Assembly: GCA_963704725.1 (NCBI GenBank)
Contig: OY969934.1
Span: 256,001 to 320,000 of the forward strand
DNA length: 64,000 nt
Reading direction: 5' to 3'
From: an uncultured Actinomycetes bacterium
GTDB taxonomy: Bacteria > Actinomycetota > UBA4738 > HRBIN12
The notes beneath the pieces are model-generated. The model did no database searches. It was not told where the DNA came from and saw only the letters and a list, made by a program, of their open reading frames with translations. The translations under genes and the position numbers were made by a program. This document shows, in pieces, positions 18,353-29,617 of this stretch; position 1 is the first letter of the stretch, and every line of letters begins with the position of its first letter.

Positions 18353-19456
18353 TTGAGGTACCTCGACCGAACCGGGCTCGACGGGCTCCTGCGCGCGCTC
18401 GTCGACGCCGGCTACGACCTGATCGGCCCGACCGTCCGGGACGGCGCGATCGTGCTCGACCACCTCGACGGCGCCTCGGACCTGCCGGCCGGCGTCGGCG
18501 AGGAGCAGGCGCCCGGCAGGTACCGGCTCACGAGCCGCGACGACGACCGGATGTTCGGATGGGCCCACGGGCCCGATGCCGGCAAGCGTTTCCTGTTCCC
18601 CCCGCGAGAGCTGCTCGCGACGGTGGCGCGCTCGAACGGCTCGATGCAGGTCGAATCCCCGCCGGAGGACCCCAGGCCCTTCGCGTTCGTGGGGCTTCGC
18701 TCATGCGACCTGCACGCCATCGCCGTGCAGGATCGGGTCTTCATGGACCTCGACCCCGCCTACCGGCGACGCCGGGAGGGAGCGGTCTTCGTCGGCGTCA
18801 ACTGCGAGGAACCCGGGTCGACGTGCTTCTGCGTCTCGATGAACACGGGACCGCGGTGCACGGCCGGCTTCGACCTCGCGCTCACCGAGCTCGACGACGG
18901 CTTCGTCGTCGAGGTGGGCACCCCCCGCGGGGAGGAGCTGCTCGCCTCCGTCCCCACGCGCGAGACCTCGTCGGAGGAGTCGGCGGCGCCCGAACGGGTG
19001 GCGGCCGTCGCCTCGACCCGGATGGGACGTGAGCTCGAGACCTCCGACATGCCGAACCTGCTCTACCGCAACCGGACCCACCCGCGGTGGGACGACGTGG
19101 CGGCCCGGTGCCTGGCCTGCGGGAACTGCACGAACGTCTGCCCCACGTGCTTCTGCCACGACGTCGTCGACGGCGTGTCGCTCTCCGGCGACGTCGCCAC
19201 GAGGACCCGGGAATGGGCGACCTGCTTCAGCGCCGAGTACTCGTGGACGGCCGGCGAGGTCGTCCGTCACACGCACGTCGGGCGGTACCGGCAGTGGCTC
19301 ACGCACAAGTTCGCCTCCTGGATCGACCAGTACGGCACGAGCGGCTGCGTCGGTTGCGGGCGCTGCATCACCTGGTGCCCGGTCGGGATCGACGTGACCG
19401 AGGAGATCGCGGCGATCCGAGCCACCGACGGCGAGGTCAAGGCGGTGAGCGCATGA
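18353..19456 (+). CDS. group 3b [NiFe]-hydrogenase beta (Fe-S) subunit
   Basis: GLRSCDLHA, TCFCVSM, CLACGNCTNVCPTCFC, GCVGCGRCITWCPVGID; GGAGGT SD before TTG. Confidence 0.92.
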   Translation: MRYLDRTGLDGLLRALVDAGYDLIGPTVRDGAIVLDHLDGASDLPAGVGEEQAPGRYRLTSRDDDRMFGWAHGPDAGKRFLFPPRELLATVARSNGSMQVESPPEDPRPFAFVGLRSCDLHAIAVQDRVFMDLDPAYRRRREGAVFVGVNCEEPGSTCFCVSMNTGPRCTAGFDLALTELDDGFVVEVGTPRGEELLASVPTRETSSEESAAPERVAAVASTRMGRELETSDMPNLLYRNRTHPRWDDVAARCLACGNCTNVCPTCFCHDVVDGVSLSGDVATRTREWATCFSAEYSWTAGEVVRHTHVGRYRQWLTHKFASWIDQYGTSGCVGCGRCITWCPVGIDVTEEIAAIRATDGEVKAVSA

Positions 19457-20328
19457 GCGCGACCGACGTTCGCGACGTCCGTTCGACCCAGCCCGAGGGC
19501 GGCCCCACCCGGATCGCGGTGATCAACCGCGTCGTGCAGGAGACGCCGGAGTCGGCCACCTACTGGTGCAACTTCCGCGGCCGCGAGGGCGACGGGTACG
19601 AGTTCCAGCCGGGGCAGTTCAACATGGTCTACCTGTTCGGCGTGGGCGAGGTCGCCATCTCGATCTCATCCGACCCCGCGCATCCCCAGCGCCTCGGCCA
19701 CACGATCCGAGCCGCCGGGAGGGTCACCGACGCGCTCTCGCAGGTCAAGCCCGGCGACGAGATCGGGATCCGCGGCCCGTTCGGCCGCCCGTGGCCGCTG
19801 CGCGAGGCCGAGGGCGAGGACCTCCTCGTGATCGCCGGCGGCGTCGGCGTGTGTCCGGTGCGACCCGCGATCGAGTACGCGATGCGGCACCGCGACCGCT
19901 ACCGGCGGCTGATCCTGCTGATGGGGGCGCGGACGCCCGACCTGCTGCCCTATCGCATCGAGCTCGACACGTGGGAGGCCGTGATGGAGCACCTCCGCGT
20001 CGAGCTGCACCTCACCGTCGACCAGAAGGACGACACCTGGCCGTACCAGGAGGGCGTGGTCACGACGCTGTTCCCCAAGGCGAACATCGACCCGGAGCAC
20101 ACCACCGCGATGGTGTGCGGCCCCGAGATCATGATGCGATTCGCCGGCAGGGGACTGCTCGAGCTCGGCATGCCGCAGGAGCGGATCTGGATCTCGATGG
20201 AGCGCCACATGCAGTGCGGGATCCAGCTCTGCGGGCACTGTCAGCTCGGCCCCTGGTTCGTGTGCTCGGACGGGCCGGTCTTCCGATACGACACGATCCG
20301 CGAGCTGATGGAGGTGCGCGAGCTGTGA
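19453..20328 (+). CDS. group 3b hydrogenase gamma (FAD/NAD(P)-binding) subunit
   Basis: PGQFNMVY, RGPFG, IAGGVG, CGPEIMM, MERHMQCGIQLCGHC..VCSDGP. Confidence 0.93.
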   Translation: MSATDVRDVRSTQPEGGPTRIAVINRVVQETPESATYWCNFRGREGDGYEFQPGQFNMVYLFGVGEVAISISSDPAHPQRLGHTIRAAGRVTDALSQVKPGDEIGIRGPFGRPWPLREAEGEDLLVIAGGVGVCPVRPAIEYAMRHRDRYRRLILLMGARTPDLLPYRIELDTWEAVMEHLRVELHLTVDQKDDTWPYQEGVVTTLFPKANIDPEHTTAMVCGPEIMMRFAGRGLLELGMPQERIWISMERHMQCGIQLCGHCQLGPWFVCSDGPVFRYDTIRELMEVREL

Positions 20329-21119
20329 GCGAAAACGGCAAGCCGCGCGTCGCGGTCTTCAAGATGGCCTCGTGCGACGGGTGCCAGCTCCAGCTCCTCG
20401 ACGCCGAGGAGGCCCTGCTCGAGCTGGCCGGCGCGATCGACATCGTCAACTTCGCGGAGGCCTCGAGCCACATCGAGCCCGGCCCGTACGACGTGACGCT
20501 CGTGGAGGGGTCCGTCTCGACGCCCGAGCTCGTCGAGCAGATCCGCGAGATCCGCGAGCAGTCCAAGGTCCTGATCACGATCGGGGCCTGCGCCACGAGC
20601 GGCGGCGTCCAGGCGCTGCGAAACGCCACCGGCAAGCACGAGGAGTTCATCCGGACGGTCTACCCGACGCCCGAGTACATCCACTCGCTCGAGGACTCGC
20701 ACCCGATCTCGGACTACGTGAAGGTCGATCTGCAGCTCACCGGCTGTCCCGTGGATCGTGGCGAGCTGCTGGGCGCGATCTCGTTCCTGCTCCGGGGCGC
20801 GATGCCGCGCGTGTCCACGTCGCCGGTGTGCGTCGAGTGCAAGCGGCGCGGCTACGTGTGCGTGGTCGTGGCCAAGGGCGAGCCGTGCCTGGGGCCGGTC
20901 ACGAGGACCGGGTGCGGGGCGCTCTGCCCCGGATTCGGCCGGGGGTGCTACGGGTGCTTCGGCCCGGCGCAGGAGCCCGGGAACACGGACGCGCTGGGCC
21001 GCCGGTTCATCGACCTCGGGCTGACGCCGAAGGATGCGTCCGACCGGTTCCGGTTCATCACCGGGTGGGCCCCGCCGTTCCGCGAGGCCGCCGATCATCT
21101 CGAGGAGGCGGCCCGATGA
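20325..21119 (+). CDS. group 3b hydrogenase delta (small) subunit
   Basis: ASCDGCQL, VEGSV, GACATSGG, GCP, CVEC..CLGPVT.TGC..CP..GCYGC. Confidence 0.94.
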   Translation: MSENGKPRVAVFKMASCDGCQLQLLDAEEALLELAGAIDIVNFAEASSHIEPGPYDVTLVEGSVSTPELVEQIREIREQSKVLITIGACATSGGVQALRNATGKHEEFIRTVYPTPEYIHSLEDSHPISDYVKVDLQLTGCPVDRGELLGAISFLLRGAMPRVSTSPVCVECKRRGYVCVVVAKGEPCLGPVTRTGCGALCPGFGRGCYGCFGPAQEPGNTDALGRRFIDLGLTPKDASDRFRFITGWAPPFREAADHLEEAAR

Positions 21120-22408
21120 CGCACCGGTCGGTGGAGGTTCCCGTCATCGCGCGGGTCGAGGGCGAGGGCGCGCTGCACATCGCCGTGGACGACGGCCAGA
21201 TCACCGATCTGCGCCTGGAGATCTACGAGCCGCCGCGGTTCTTCGAGGCGTTCCTTGCGGGACGGCACTTCTCGGAGGTCCCGGACATCGTGCCGCGCAT
21301 CTGCGGCATCTGCCCGGTGGCCTACCAGATGAGCGCGGTCCACGGGCTGGAGCGGCTGTTCGGCACGCAGGTCCCCGAGGGCACCCACGAGCTCCGGCGG
21401 CTCCTGTACTGCGGCGAGTGGATCGAGAGCCACGTCCTCCACATCTTCCTGCTGGCGGCGCCGGACTTCCTCGGGCTCCCCAACGCGATCGAGCTGGCCA
21501 AGACCCAGCCCGATCTTGTGAAGATGGCGCTCGACATCAAGCGGGTCGGCAACGACCTCATGGCGGCCATCGGCGGCCGCGAGATCCACCCGGTCTCGCC
21601 CCGCGTGGGCGGCTTCTCCCGGGCCCCGCGCAAGCGCGACCTCGCGCCGTTCGTCCCGCGCCTGGAGTGGGCGCTCGAGCAGATGCCCGCCATCGCCGAC
21701 GTCATCGCCTCGCTGCCGGCGCCCTCGTTCCCCAGGCCGGCCGAGATGGTCTCGATGGTGAACGAGACCGAGTACCCGATCAACGTCGGCGGCATGGGCT
21801 CGACGAACGGCCGTTCGTGGGACGCGACCACGCACGAGCAGGTGACGAACGAGGTGCACGTCGAGCACTCGAACGCGCTGCACTCGCTCATGACGGACAC
21901 CCAGACCCCGTACTTCCTCGGCCCGCTGGCGCGCGTGAACCTGAACGCATCGCTCCTCACGCCCGTGGCCCGCGAGGTCGCCGAGCGGGCCGGCCTGCGC
22001 GTCCCGGAGAGCGACCCGTTCTTCTCGATGGCGGCTCGGGCCGCCGAGACGACGTTGGCGATCGAGGAGTCGATCCGGATCATCACCGCGTACGAGCCGC
22101 CCGAGCCGCCGATGGTGCAGCCGGAGCCCGTGGCGGGGCGGGCGATGTGGTCGACGGAGGCCCCGCGCGGAACGCTCTACCACCGCTACGACGTCGCCTC
22201 CGACGGCACGATCCTGGCCGCGAAGATCGTCCCGCCCACCTCTCAGAACCTCCGCCACATGGAGGAGGACCTGCGGGCGTTCCTGCCGGGCGTGCTCGAT
22301 CTCCCGGACGAGGACCTCACGCGGCAGTGCGAGATGGTCGTGCGCAACTACGACCCGTGCATCAGCTGCGCCACGCACTTCCTCCGTCTCGACATCCAGC
22401 GCTCGTAG
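21116..22408 (+). CDS. group 3b [NiFe]-hydrogenase alpha (large) subunit
   Basis: ARVEGEG, L1 PRICGICPVAY, EAPRG, L2 YDPCISCATH plus short cleavable tail. Confidence 0.96.
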   Translation: MTHRSVEVPVIARVEGEGALHIAVDDGQITDLRLEIYEPPRFFEAFLAGRHFSEVPDIVPRICGICPVAYQMSAVHGLERLFGTQVPEGTHELRRLLYCGEWIESHVLHIFLLAAPDFLGLPNAIELAKTQPDLVKMALDIKRVGNDLMAAIGGREIHPVSPRVGGFSRAPRKRDLAPFVPRLEWALEQMPAIADVIASLPAPSFPRPAEMVSMVNETEYPINVGGMGSTNGRSWDATTHEQVTNEVHVEHSNALHSLMTDTQTPYFLGPLARVNLNASLLTPVAREVAERAGLRVPESDPFFSMAARAAETTLAIEESIRIITAYEPPEPPMVQPEPVAGRAMWSTEAPRGTLYHRYDVASDGTILAAKIVPPTSQNLRHMEEDLRAFLPGVLDLPDEDLTRQCEMVVRNYDPCISCATHFLRLDIQRS

Positions 22409-22418
22409 CCTGGCCGGG

Positions 22419-22967
22419 ATGGCCCTCGTCCGCGTGATCGGTTGTGGCAATCCCGACGCCGGCGACGACGCCGTCGGGATCCTGGCGGTCGGCCGGGCGC
22501 GTGCGGCGCTCGAGGCGCTGGCCGGGGTCGAGGTGGTCGCCCGCGCCGAGCCGCTCGCGGTCGTCCATCTCCTGGAGGGGGTCGACGCGGTGCTCGTCGT
22601 CGACGCCATCCGCTCGCCGGGCTCGGGCCGGCCGGTCGGCGCGCTCGTGCGGGCCGAGTCGGGGCCGGAGGGCCTGCCCGCCGAGCTCCGCTCCTCGCTC
22701 TCCACGCACGGCCTGGGGGTGGTCGAGGCGGTTGGGCTGGCGGCCGCGATCGGCGCCGCCCCCCGCGTCGTGGTGCTCGGCGTCGAGGCCGGGGAGACGG
22801 GCGTGGGCAGGCCCCTGTCGGAAGCGGTCGAGCAGGGCCTTCCCCGGCTCACCGAGCGGATCGTGGCCGAGGCGACCTCCCTGGCGGGGTCCCTCCATGA
22901 GGTCGAACGCTCCCCCGCAGAGGGGTCGACCGGCCCGGGCCGGTCCGACGGGCTGGAACGACCATGA
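22419..22967 (+). CDS. hydrogenase maturation protease
   Basis: IGCGNPDAGDDAVG, VVDA, STHGLG. Confidence 0.92.
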   Translation: MALVRVIGCGNPDAGDDAVGILAVGRARAALEALAGVEVVARAEPLAVVHLLEGVDAVLVVDAIRSPGSGRPVGALVRAESGPEGLPAELRSSLSTHGLGVVEAVGLAAAIGAAPRVVVLGVEAGETGVGRPLSEAVEQGLPRLTERIVAEATSLAGSLHEVERSPAEGSTGPGRSDGLERP

Positions 22968-25283
22968 ACCCGGAACCGACCAGCGGAGGTCACTCGGTGG
23001 CACCGAAGACCACGTCGAAGCCGCACGACGGCTCCGACCTCGCGCGCGAGGTCGAGGTCATCGGCGTGGTGCAGGGCGTGGGGTTCCGGCCGTTCGTCTG
23101 GCGCCTCGCCACCCGAGGGGGCCTGACGGGGCGCGTCCGGAACAAGAGCGGGGTGGTCGAGATCCTCGTGGAGGGCTCGCGAGGTTCGGTCGAGGAGTTC
23201 TGCAACTCGCTCGAGACCGAGGCGCCCGCGCTGGCCAACATCGAGGCGGTCTGCTGGCGGGAGGTCTCGCCCGTCGGGTTCACGAGCTTCGAGGTGGAGG
23301 ACAGCGTGGCCCGTCCCGGGGGGGAGCGGCTCATCTCGCCGGACGTCGCCACGTGCGACAACTGCCTGCGCGAGCTGCTCGACCCCAAGGACCGCCGCTA
23401 CCGGTACCCGTTCATCAACTGCACCGACTGCGGACCACGCTTCACGATCATCGAGTCGCTGCCCTACGACCGTGAGCGCACGAGCATGCGGACCTTCCCG
23501 CTGTGCCAGACCTGCGCGAGCGAGTACCTCGACCCGAGCGACCGCCGGTTCCACGCCGAGCCGATCGCCTGCCGCGAGTGCGGACCGACGCTGGAGCTGG
23601 TCGACGCGCGGGGCAAGCCGGTCGAGGGCGATCCGATCGAGGAGGCCGCCCGGTTGATCTCGCAGGGGCGGATCGTCGCGCTGAAGGGGCTCGGCGGGTT
23701 CCACCTGGCCTGCGACGCCACGAACGAGACCGCGGTGGCCACGCTGCGCGAGCGCAAGCGCCGGCCCCACAAGCCCTTCGCCGTCATGGTGACCGATCTC
23801 GCCGAGGCCAAGGCGAGGTTCGATCCCACCTCCGACGAGGAGGTCGCGCTGTCCTCGTCGCACGCCCCGATCGTGCTCGTCAAGGACCGGGGAACGCTCG
23901 CCCCGTCGGTCGCGCCGAAGCATCGCCGCCAGGGCGCCATGCTGCCCTCGACGCCGCTGCACCACCTGCTGCTCCGCGCCGTGTCCCGCCCCCTCGTGAT
24001 GACGAGCGGGAACCGGAGCGAGGAGCCGATCTGCATCACGAACGACGAGGCGCTGCAGCAGCTCGAGGGGATCGCGGACGCGTTCCTCGTCCACGATCGC
24101 GAGATCGTGGCGCGCTACGACGACAGCGTGGTGCGGGTGTGGCGCTCCGACACCGTGGCGATGCGGCGGGCTCGGAGCCTGGCGCCCTCGCCGCTCAAGC
24201 TCGGCGTCGACGTCGTCCCGACGCTCGGCACCGGCGCCGAGCTCCACGGTGCGTTCTGCCTCGCCGCCGGGACCAGGGCGTATCTCTCGCAGCACATCGG
24301 CGACCTCGAGACCGAGGAGGCGATGGCGGCGTACCGCGACGCGCTCGAGCGGTACGAGCGCCTGTTCGGCGTCGAGCCCGAGGTCGTCGCCCACGACCTC
24401 CACCCGGACTTCCTGACCACGCGCTTCGCCGAGGAGCTCGGCATCCCGACCGTCGGGGTCCAGCACCACCACGCGCACGTCGCCTCGGTGATGGCCGAGC
24501 ACCAGCTCGAGGGCCGTGTGATCGGGGTCGCCTTCGACGGGTTCGGGCTGGGGACCGACGGGAGCGCCTGGGGCGGCGAGTTCTTCGCCTGCGACGCCGC
24601 CTCGGCGGACCGGATCGGCCACCTGCGCGCGGTCCCGCTTCCGGGCGGCGACGCCGCGGTTCGCAACCCCTGGCGGATGGCGCTGGCACACGCGGAGGAC
24701 GCCGGCGTCGCCGACAAGGCGATGGCCCTGCTCGCGCCGCACGAGGAGGAGGCAGAGCTCGTCCTGCAGCAGCTGCGCTCGGGGACGGCGGTGCCGATGA
24801 CGTCGTCCGCGCGGGCGGCTCTTCGACGCGGTGGCCGCGCTGGCCGGGCTGGCCGACGTCGCCACGTACGAGGGGCACCCGGCGATGCTTCTGGAGGAGG
24901 CCGCCGAGTGCGGCGCGACCCGCGAGTACGGGTTCGAGGTCGTCGCCGGAAACGGCGGGCTGATCCTCGATACCCGGCCCATCGTGGTCGCGGTAGTGAA
25001 GGACCTCCGACGGGGCCGGCCCGCCGGCGAGGTCGCCGGCCGCTTCCACCGGACGATGACGGCCGCGATCCTGGAGGTCTGCCGGGCGATCCGGGGGATG
25101 ACCGGGCTGGGCCGCGTGTGCCTGTCCGGGGGCGTGTTCAACAACGACCTGCTGACCTCGGATCTGGTGGCCCGCCTCGAGACCGTCGGCCTCGAGGTCT
25201 TCCTTCCTCGGCACGCGCCCACGGGCGACGGGGGCATCGCCCTCGGCCAGGTGCTCGTCGCCGACGCGACCGTGGCACACTAG
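22964..25283 (+). CDS. hypF: carbamoyltransferase HypF, with +1 frameshift near 24812
   Basis: [12 protein letters not shown], two CxxC zinc fingers, [19 protein letters not shown]; TSSA|[10 protein letters not shown] and GDGGIALGQ continue in another frame. Confidence 0.93.
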
Positions 25284-25291
25284 GGCAACCC

Positions 25292-25597
25292 ATGTGCCTC
25301 GGCGTTCCCGGCAAAGTCGTCGACATCTTCCAGCAGGACGGCATCCGCATGGGCACCGTGGACTTCGGCGGCATCACGCGGAGCGCGTGCCTGGAGTACG
25401 CGCCCGAGGTCGACCTCGGCAGCTACGTGGTGATCCATGTGGGGTTCGCCATCTCAGTCGTCGACGAGGAGGAGGCGGCCCGCTCCTACGAGCTCCTGGC
25501 GGAGATGGGCAACCTGGAGGACATCGACCTGCCCCAGACCGCCGAGGGCGTCCCGGCCGAGCACTACCGGCCGACCGGAGGGACCGCCGGCCGGTGA
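25292..25597 (+). CDS. hypC: hydrogenase assembly chaperone HypC
   Basis: MCLGVPGK start, [10 protein letters not shown]. Confidence 0.95.
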   Translation: MCLGVPGKVVDIFQQDGIRMGTVDFGGITRSACLEYAPEVDLGSYVVIHVGFAISVVDEEEAARSYELLAEMGNLEDIDLPQTAEGVPAEHYRPTGGTAGR

Positions 25598-26700
25598 GGT
25601 ACCTGGACGAGTACCGGGACGACCGGATCGCCCGGGGGCTCCTGGACGAGATCGCCCACATCGTCACCAAGCCGTGGACGCTGATGGAGGTGTGCGGCGG
25701 CCAGACACACACCCTGATCCGCCAGGGCATCGACCAGCTCCTGCCGCCGGGCCTCGAGCTCGTGCACGGGCCGGGATGCCCGGTCTGTGTGACGCCGCTC
25801 GCGATGATCGACGAGGCCATCGCCATCGCGAAGCGCCCCGACACGATCGTGTGCTCGTTCGGCGACATGCTCCGGGTGCCGGGGTCCCAGGAGGACCTGT
25901 TCATGGCGCGGTCGGTGGGCGGCGACGTGCGCGTCGTCTACTCGCCGCTCGACGCGCTCGAGGTGGCCCGGCGCAACCCGGACAAGACCGTGGTGTTCTT
26001 CGCCGTGGGCTTCGAGACGACCGCGCCGGCCAACGCCATGGCGGTCAAGCAGGCCAAGCTGCTCGGGATCGAGAACTTCGCGCTGCTCGTCGCCCATGTG
26101 CTGGTGCCCCCGGCGATCATGGCGATCCTGGTCTCGCCGGGGAACCGCGTGCAGGGGTTCCTGGCGCCCGGGCACGTCTGCGCCATCCAGGGCTGGACCG
26201 AGTACGAGCCGATCGCGCGCGACTACGGCGTCCCCCTCGTCGTCACGGGGTTCGAGCCCCTCGACCTCCTCGAGGGCATCCGGATGCTCGTCGTCCAGCT
26301 CGAGGAGGGCCGGCACGAGGTCGAGAACCAGTACGTGCGGACCGTGGTGCGTGAGGGGAACAAGCCCGCGCTCGCCGTCGTGAGCGAGGTCTTCGAGACC
26401 TGCGATCGCGCGTGGCGGGGGATCGGCGTCATCCCCAAGAGCGGGCTCCGCCTCCGCGAGGCCTACCGGATGCACGACGCCGAGGTGCGCTTCCCGCGCC
26501 TCGAGGGGACACCCGCCTCGGAGTCCGAGATCTGCATCGCCGGCGAGGTGTTGATCGGCCGGGCCAAGCCGCACGACTGCCCGGCGTTCGGCACGCTCTG
26601 CACCCCCGAGTCGCCGCTCGGCGCGCCGATGGTCTCGAGCGAGGGCGCGTGCGCAGCCTACTTCCTCGCCGGTCGCCGCCGCGAGGACGCGGTGACATGA
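25594..26700 (+). CDS. hypD: hydrogenase formation protein HypD
   Basis: [37 protein letters not shown]. Confidence 0.96.
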   Translation: MRYLDEYRDDRIARGLLDEIAHIVTKPWTLMEVCGGQTHTLIRQGIDQLLPPGLELVHGPGCPVCVTPLAMIDEAIAIAKRPDTIVCSFGDMLRVPGSQEDLFMARSVGGDVRVVYSPLDALEVARRNPDKTVVFFAVGFETTAPANAMAVKQAKLLGIENFALLVAHVLVPPAIMAILVSPGNRVQGFLAPGHVCAIQGWTEYEPIARDYGVPLVVTGFEPLDLLEGIRMLVVQLEEGRHEVENQYVRTVVREGNKPALAVVSEVFETCDRAWRGIGVIPKSGLRLREAYRMHDAEVRFPRLEGTPASESEICIAGEVLIGRAKPHDCPAFGTLCTPESPLGAPMVSSEGACAAYFLAGRRREDAVT

Positions 26701-27749
26701 ACGACGAGGTCCGCGAGTTCGCCCTGAGCTGTCCGGTCCCGCTCCCGCCCGGTGAACGCATCACGCTCGGCCACGGCAGCGGTGGCAAGCTCAGCGCGCA
26801 GCTCATCAAGGATCTGTTCGTGCCGGTGTTCGGCGACAAGGAGCTGGGCCGGCTCGGGGACGCCGCCGTCGTCGAGGTGAACGGGACGCGACTGGCGTTC
26901 TCCACCGACTCGTTCGTCGTCACGCCGAAGTTCTTCCCCGGCTCCAACATCGGCGAGCTCGCCGTGAACGGGACCGTGAACGACGTCGCGATGATGGGGG
27001 CCCGACCGCTGTTCCTGTCGGCCGCGCTGATCATCGAGGAGGGTCTCGAGATGGAGGTCCTCGGCGCGATCGTCGCCTCGATGGCCGACGCGTGCGAGCG
27101 GGCGGGCGTCGCGCTCGTCGCCGGCGACACCAAGGTGGTCGAGAAGGGAAGCGCCGACGGCCTGTTCGTCACGACGGCGGGGTTCGGCGTGGTGCCCGAG
27201 GGCGTCGAGGTCGGGCCTGAGCGGGCACGCCCCGGCGACCGCGTGATCGTGACCGGGCCGGTCGGGTCGCACGGCGTGGCCGTGATGTCGAGGCGCCAGG
27301 GGATCTCGTTCGAGGGCGAGCTCGCGAGCGACAGCGCGCCGCTCACCGAGCTGGTCCAGGCCATGCTCGCGGCGGGCGACGTCCGGTGTCTGCGCGACGC
27401 CACCCGCGGAGGCCTCGCCACGGTGTTGAACGAGCTCGCCGAGGCCTCCGGCGTGGCGATCGCGGCGGAGGAGTCGTCGATCCCGGTGCTCGGGCCGGTC
27501 AAAGCCGCGTGCGAGATGCTCGGCCTCGACCCGCTGTACGTGGCGAACGAGGGCGTCGCGGTCGCGATCGTCGCCGCCGAGGACGCCGACGCGGTGCTCG
27601 CGGCGGCCCGCGCGAACGACCTGGGGGCCCACGCCTCGCTGATCGGGACCGTCGAGGAGGGCGCGCCCCGCGTGGGCCTGAGGACGGGTCTCGGCGCCAC
27701 CCGGCCGCTGATCATGCTCGCCGGCGATCAGCTCCCGAGGATCTGCTGA
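26697..27749 (+). CDS. hypE: hydrogenase expression/formation protein HypE
   Basis: HGSGG, TDSFVV, GTVND, RDATRGG, ANEG, C-terminal LPRIC. Confidence 0.96.
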   Translation: MNDEVREFALSCPVPLPPGERITLGHGSGGKLSAQLIKDLFVPVFGDKELGRLGDAAVVEVNGTRLAFSTDSFVVTPKFFPGSNIGELAVNGTVNDVAMMGARPLFLSAALIIEEGLEMEVLGAIVASMADACERAGVALVAGDTKVVEKGSADGLFVTTAGFGVVPEGVEVGPERARPGDRVIVTGPVGSHGVAVMSRRQGISFEGELASDSAPLTELVQAMLAAGDVRCLRDATRGGLATVLNELAEASGVAIAAEESSIPVLGPVKAACEMLGLDPLYVANEGVAVAIVAAEDADAVLAAARANDLGAHASLIGTVEEGAPRVGLRTGLGATRPLIMLAGDQLPRIC

Positions 27750-27752
27750 GCC

Positions 27753-28166
27753 CTACTCGCCGAACAGGACGAACGCCCGGACCACATCGCTCTGACCATG
27801 CCCGGGTATCCGGAACCTCATCTGATACGGCCGGCGCTGGTTGCCGTCCGGCCGGTGCGTGTGCCACCGGAACGTCATCAGGCCCTCGTCGGAGATCGCC
27901 ACCCGCTCCCACCGCTCCCACCGATCCGTGTGCGGAGCCTTCACGAGCACGAGCGCGTACGCGTGGTCCGGCGAGACCGTCCCCCGCAGGACGACCGTGT
28001 CCCCGATGAGGTAGCTGAAGATGTCGTCGCAGAAGTCGACATCGGAGCGGGTGAGGCACGCGTCGAACTGCTCCGTCGGATGGGCTCCGGCGACGGCGGG
28101 GACGGTGCTGAGCGCGATCGCGAAGACTATGGCCAAGAACCGGCGAGTCTTGAGCATCAGGCCCAC
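27753..28166 (-). CDS. secreted hypothetical protein
   Basis: Signal-peptide-like N-terminus (KTRRFLAIVFAIALSTVPAVAGA), Cys pair. Confidence 0.65.
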   Translation of the reverse strand: MGLMLKTRRFLAIVFAIALSTVPAVAGAHPTEQFDACLTRSDVDFCDDIFSYLIGDTVVLRGTVSPDHAYALVLVKAPHTDRWERWERVAISDEGLMTFRWHTHRPDGNQRRPYQMRFRIPGHGQSDVVRAFVLFGE

Positions 28167-28240
28167 CCCCCTTGCGTCCGGTTCCGCCGACTCTACCCTG
28201 CACGTGACGACGCCGTGATGCGCGGGTAGCGTGCGCCCGG

Positions 28241-29278
28241 ATGGCCGACCGCCCCGACTTCCGGCTGGAGAACAGCGAGCTCCGCGGGGAGGACGAGTTC
28301 GCGGAGTTCGCGGACGAGGACCTCCCGTACTTCACAGCCTGGAGCGGCTCGTTCGACAAGCTCCCGTGGGCGAAGGACGAGCAGACCTTGCTCGATCTCG
28401 CCCCCGACGTGGCGATCGTCGGCGCTCCGTTCGACGAGGGCACGTCGTCGAGGCCGGGCGCGCGGTTCGGGCCCCGCGCGATCCGGATGGCGCCGAGGGC
28501 GTACGAGGCATCCGGGGCCTGGTCGATCCAGCTCGACGTCGAGCCGTTCGCGAAGGTCAAGGTCGTCGACGCCGGCGATGCCCCGATCGCGCCGACGCGG
28601 TTCGAGCGCGCCCTCCGGGTGATCCACGAGAAAGTCTTCCGGGTCGCGAGCGCCGGGCCGATCCCCATCGTGCTTGGCGGCGACCATTCGATCACCTACC
28701 CGAGCGCCGCCGCCGTGGCCAGGCACCGGTGGCCGCGGACGGTGGGGGTCGTGCACTTCGATGCCCACGCGGACACGGGGGCCGACCAGTGGGGCAACCT
28801 CTACGCGCACGGCGAGCCGATGCGCCGGCTGATCGAGGAGGGATGGGTCGCCGGCCGGAACTTCGTCCAGGTCGGCCTCCGCGGGTACTGGCCGGGCGCC
28901 GAGACCTTCGGCTGGATGCGCGAGCAGGGCTTCCGCTGGCACACGATGGTCGAGATCGAGGAGCGCGGCGCGGAGGCGGTCGTGGCCGACGCGATCGCGG
29001 AGGCGCTCGACGGCCCGGACTGCGTGTACCTGTCCGTCGACATCGACGTCGTCGACCCCGGCATGGCTCCGGGCACGGGGACGCCCGAGCCGGGCGGCAT
29101 CCTGGCGCGCGAGATGCTGCGGGCCGTCCGCCAGATCGTGGGAGCCGTCGAGCTGGCGGGCATGGACGTCGTCGAGGTCTCCCCGCCGTACGACCAGAGC
29201 GAGATCACGGCGATGCTCGCGCACCGGATCGTGGTCGAGGCGATCAGCGCCCTCGCGGCCCGCAGGGAGCCGGGGTGA
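28241..29278 (+). CDS. speB: agmatinase / ureohydrolase family
   Basis: GARFGP, GGDHS, HFDAHAD, SVDIDVVDP, GTGTPEPGG, VEVSP; exact substrate uncertain. Confidence 0.85.
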   Translation: MADRPDFRLENSELRGEDEFAEFADEDLPYFTAWSGSFDKLPWAKDEQTLLDLAPDVAIVGAPFDEGTSSRPGARFGPRAIRMAPRAYEASGAWSIQLDVEPFAKVKVVDAGDAPIAPTRFERALRVIHEKVFRVASAGPIPIVLGGDHSITYPSAAAVARHRWPRTVGVVHFDAHADTGADQWGNLYAHGEPMRRLIEEGWVAGRNFVQVGLRGYWPGAETFGWMREQGFRWHTMVEIEERGAEAVVADAIAEALDGPDCVYLSVDIDVVDPGMAPGTGTPEPGGILAREMLRAVRQIVGAVELAGMDVVEVSPPYDQSEITAMLAHRIVVEAISALAARREPG

Positions 29279-29616
29279 TCGCCCGGCCGCGGTTCGAGGA
29301 GCTCGTCGCCGACGCGCTCGACTCGTTGCCGCAGTGGGTGCTCGACCGGCTGGAGAACGTTGAGGTCATCGTGGAGGACCGGCCCCCGCGCGGCGAGCCG
29401 AACCTGCTGGGCCGGTACCACGGGATCCCGCTGACGCGGCGCCACAACTACGCCGGCGTGCTGCCCGACACGATCACCCTCTACATGCGGACGATCGAGC
29501 GCGAGGCGCGGGACGAGGAGGACGTGCGCCGGGTCGTGGCGCACACGGTCGTCCACGAGGTCGCCCACTTCTTCGGGATCTCGGACGAGCGGCTCCGCGA
29601 TCTCGACGCGTACTGA
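29275..29616 (+). CDS. minimal zincin-like metallopeptidase (DUF1025-type)
   Basis: LLGRYHGIPL, PDTITLY, TVVHEVAHFFGISD. Confidence 0.9.
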   Translation: MIARPRFEELVADALDSLPQWVLDRLENVEVIVEDRPPRGEPNLLGRYHGIPLTRRHNYAGVLPDTITLYMRTIEREARDEEDVRRVVAHTVVHEVAHFFGISDERLRDLDAY

Positions 29617-29617
29617 G

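Noticed and set aside
22964-25597. 877-aa HypF-HypC fusion in the ORF track
   Set aside because: Produced by the +1 shift near 24812. The true HypF C-terminus is in the 24831-25283 frame, and HypC has its own MC start, which it needs free.
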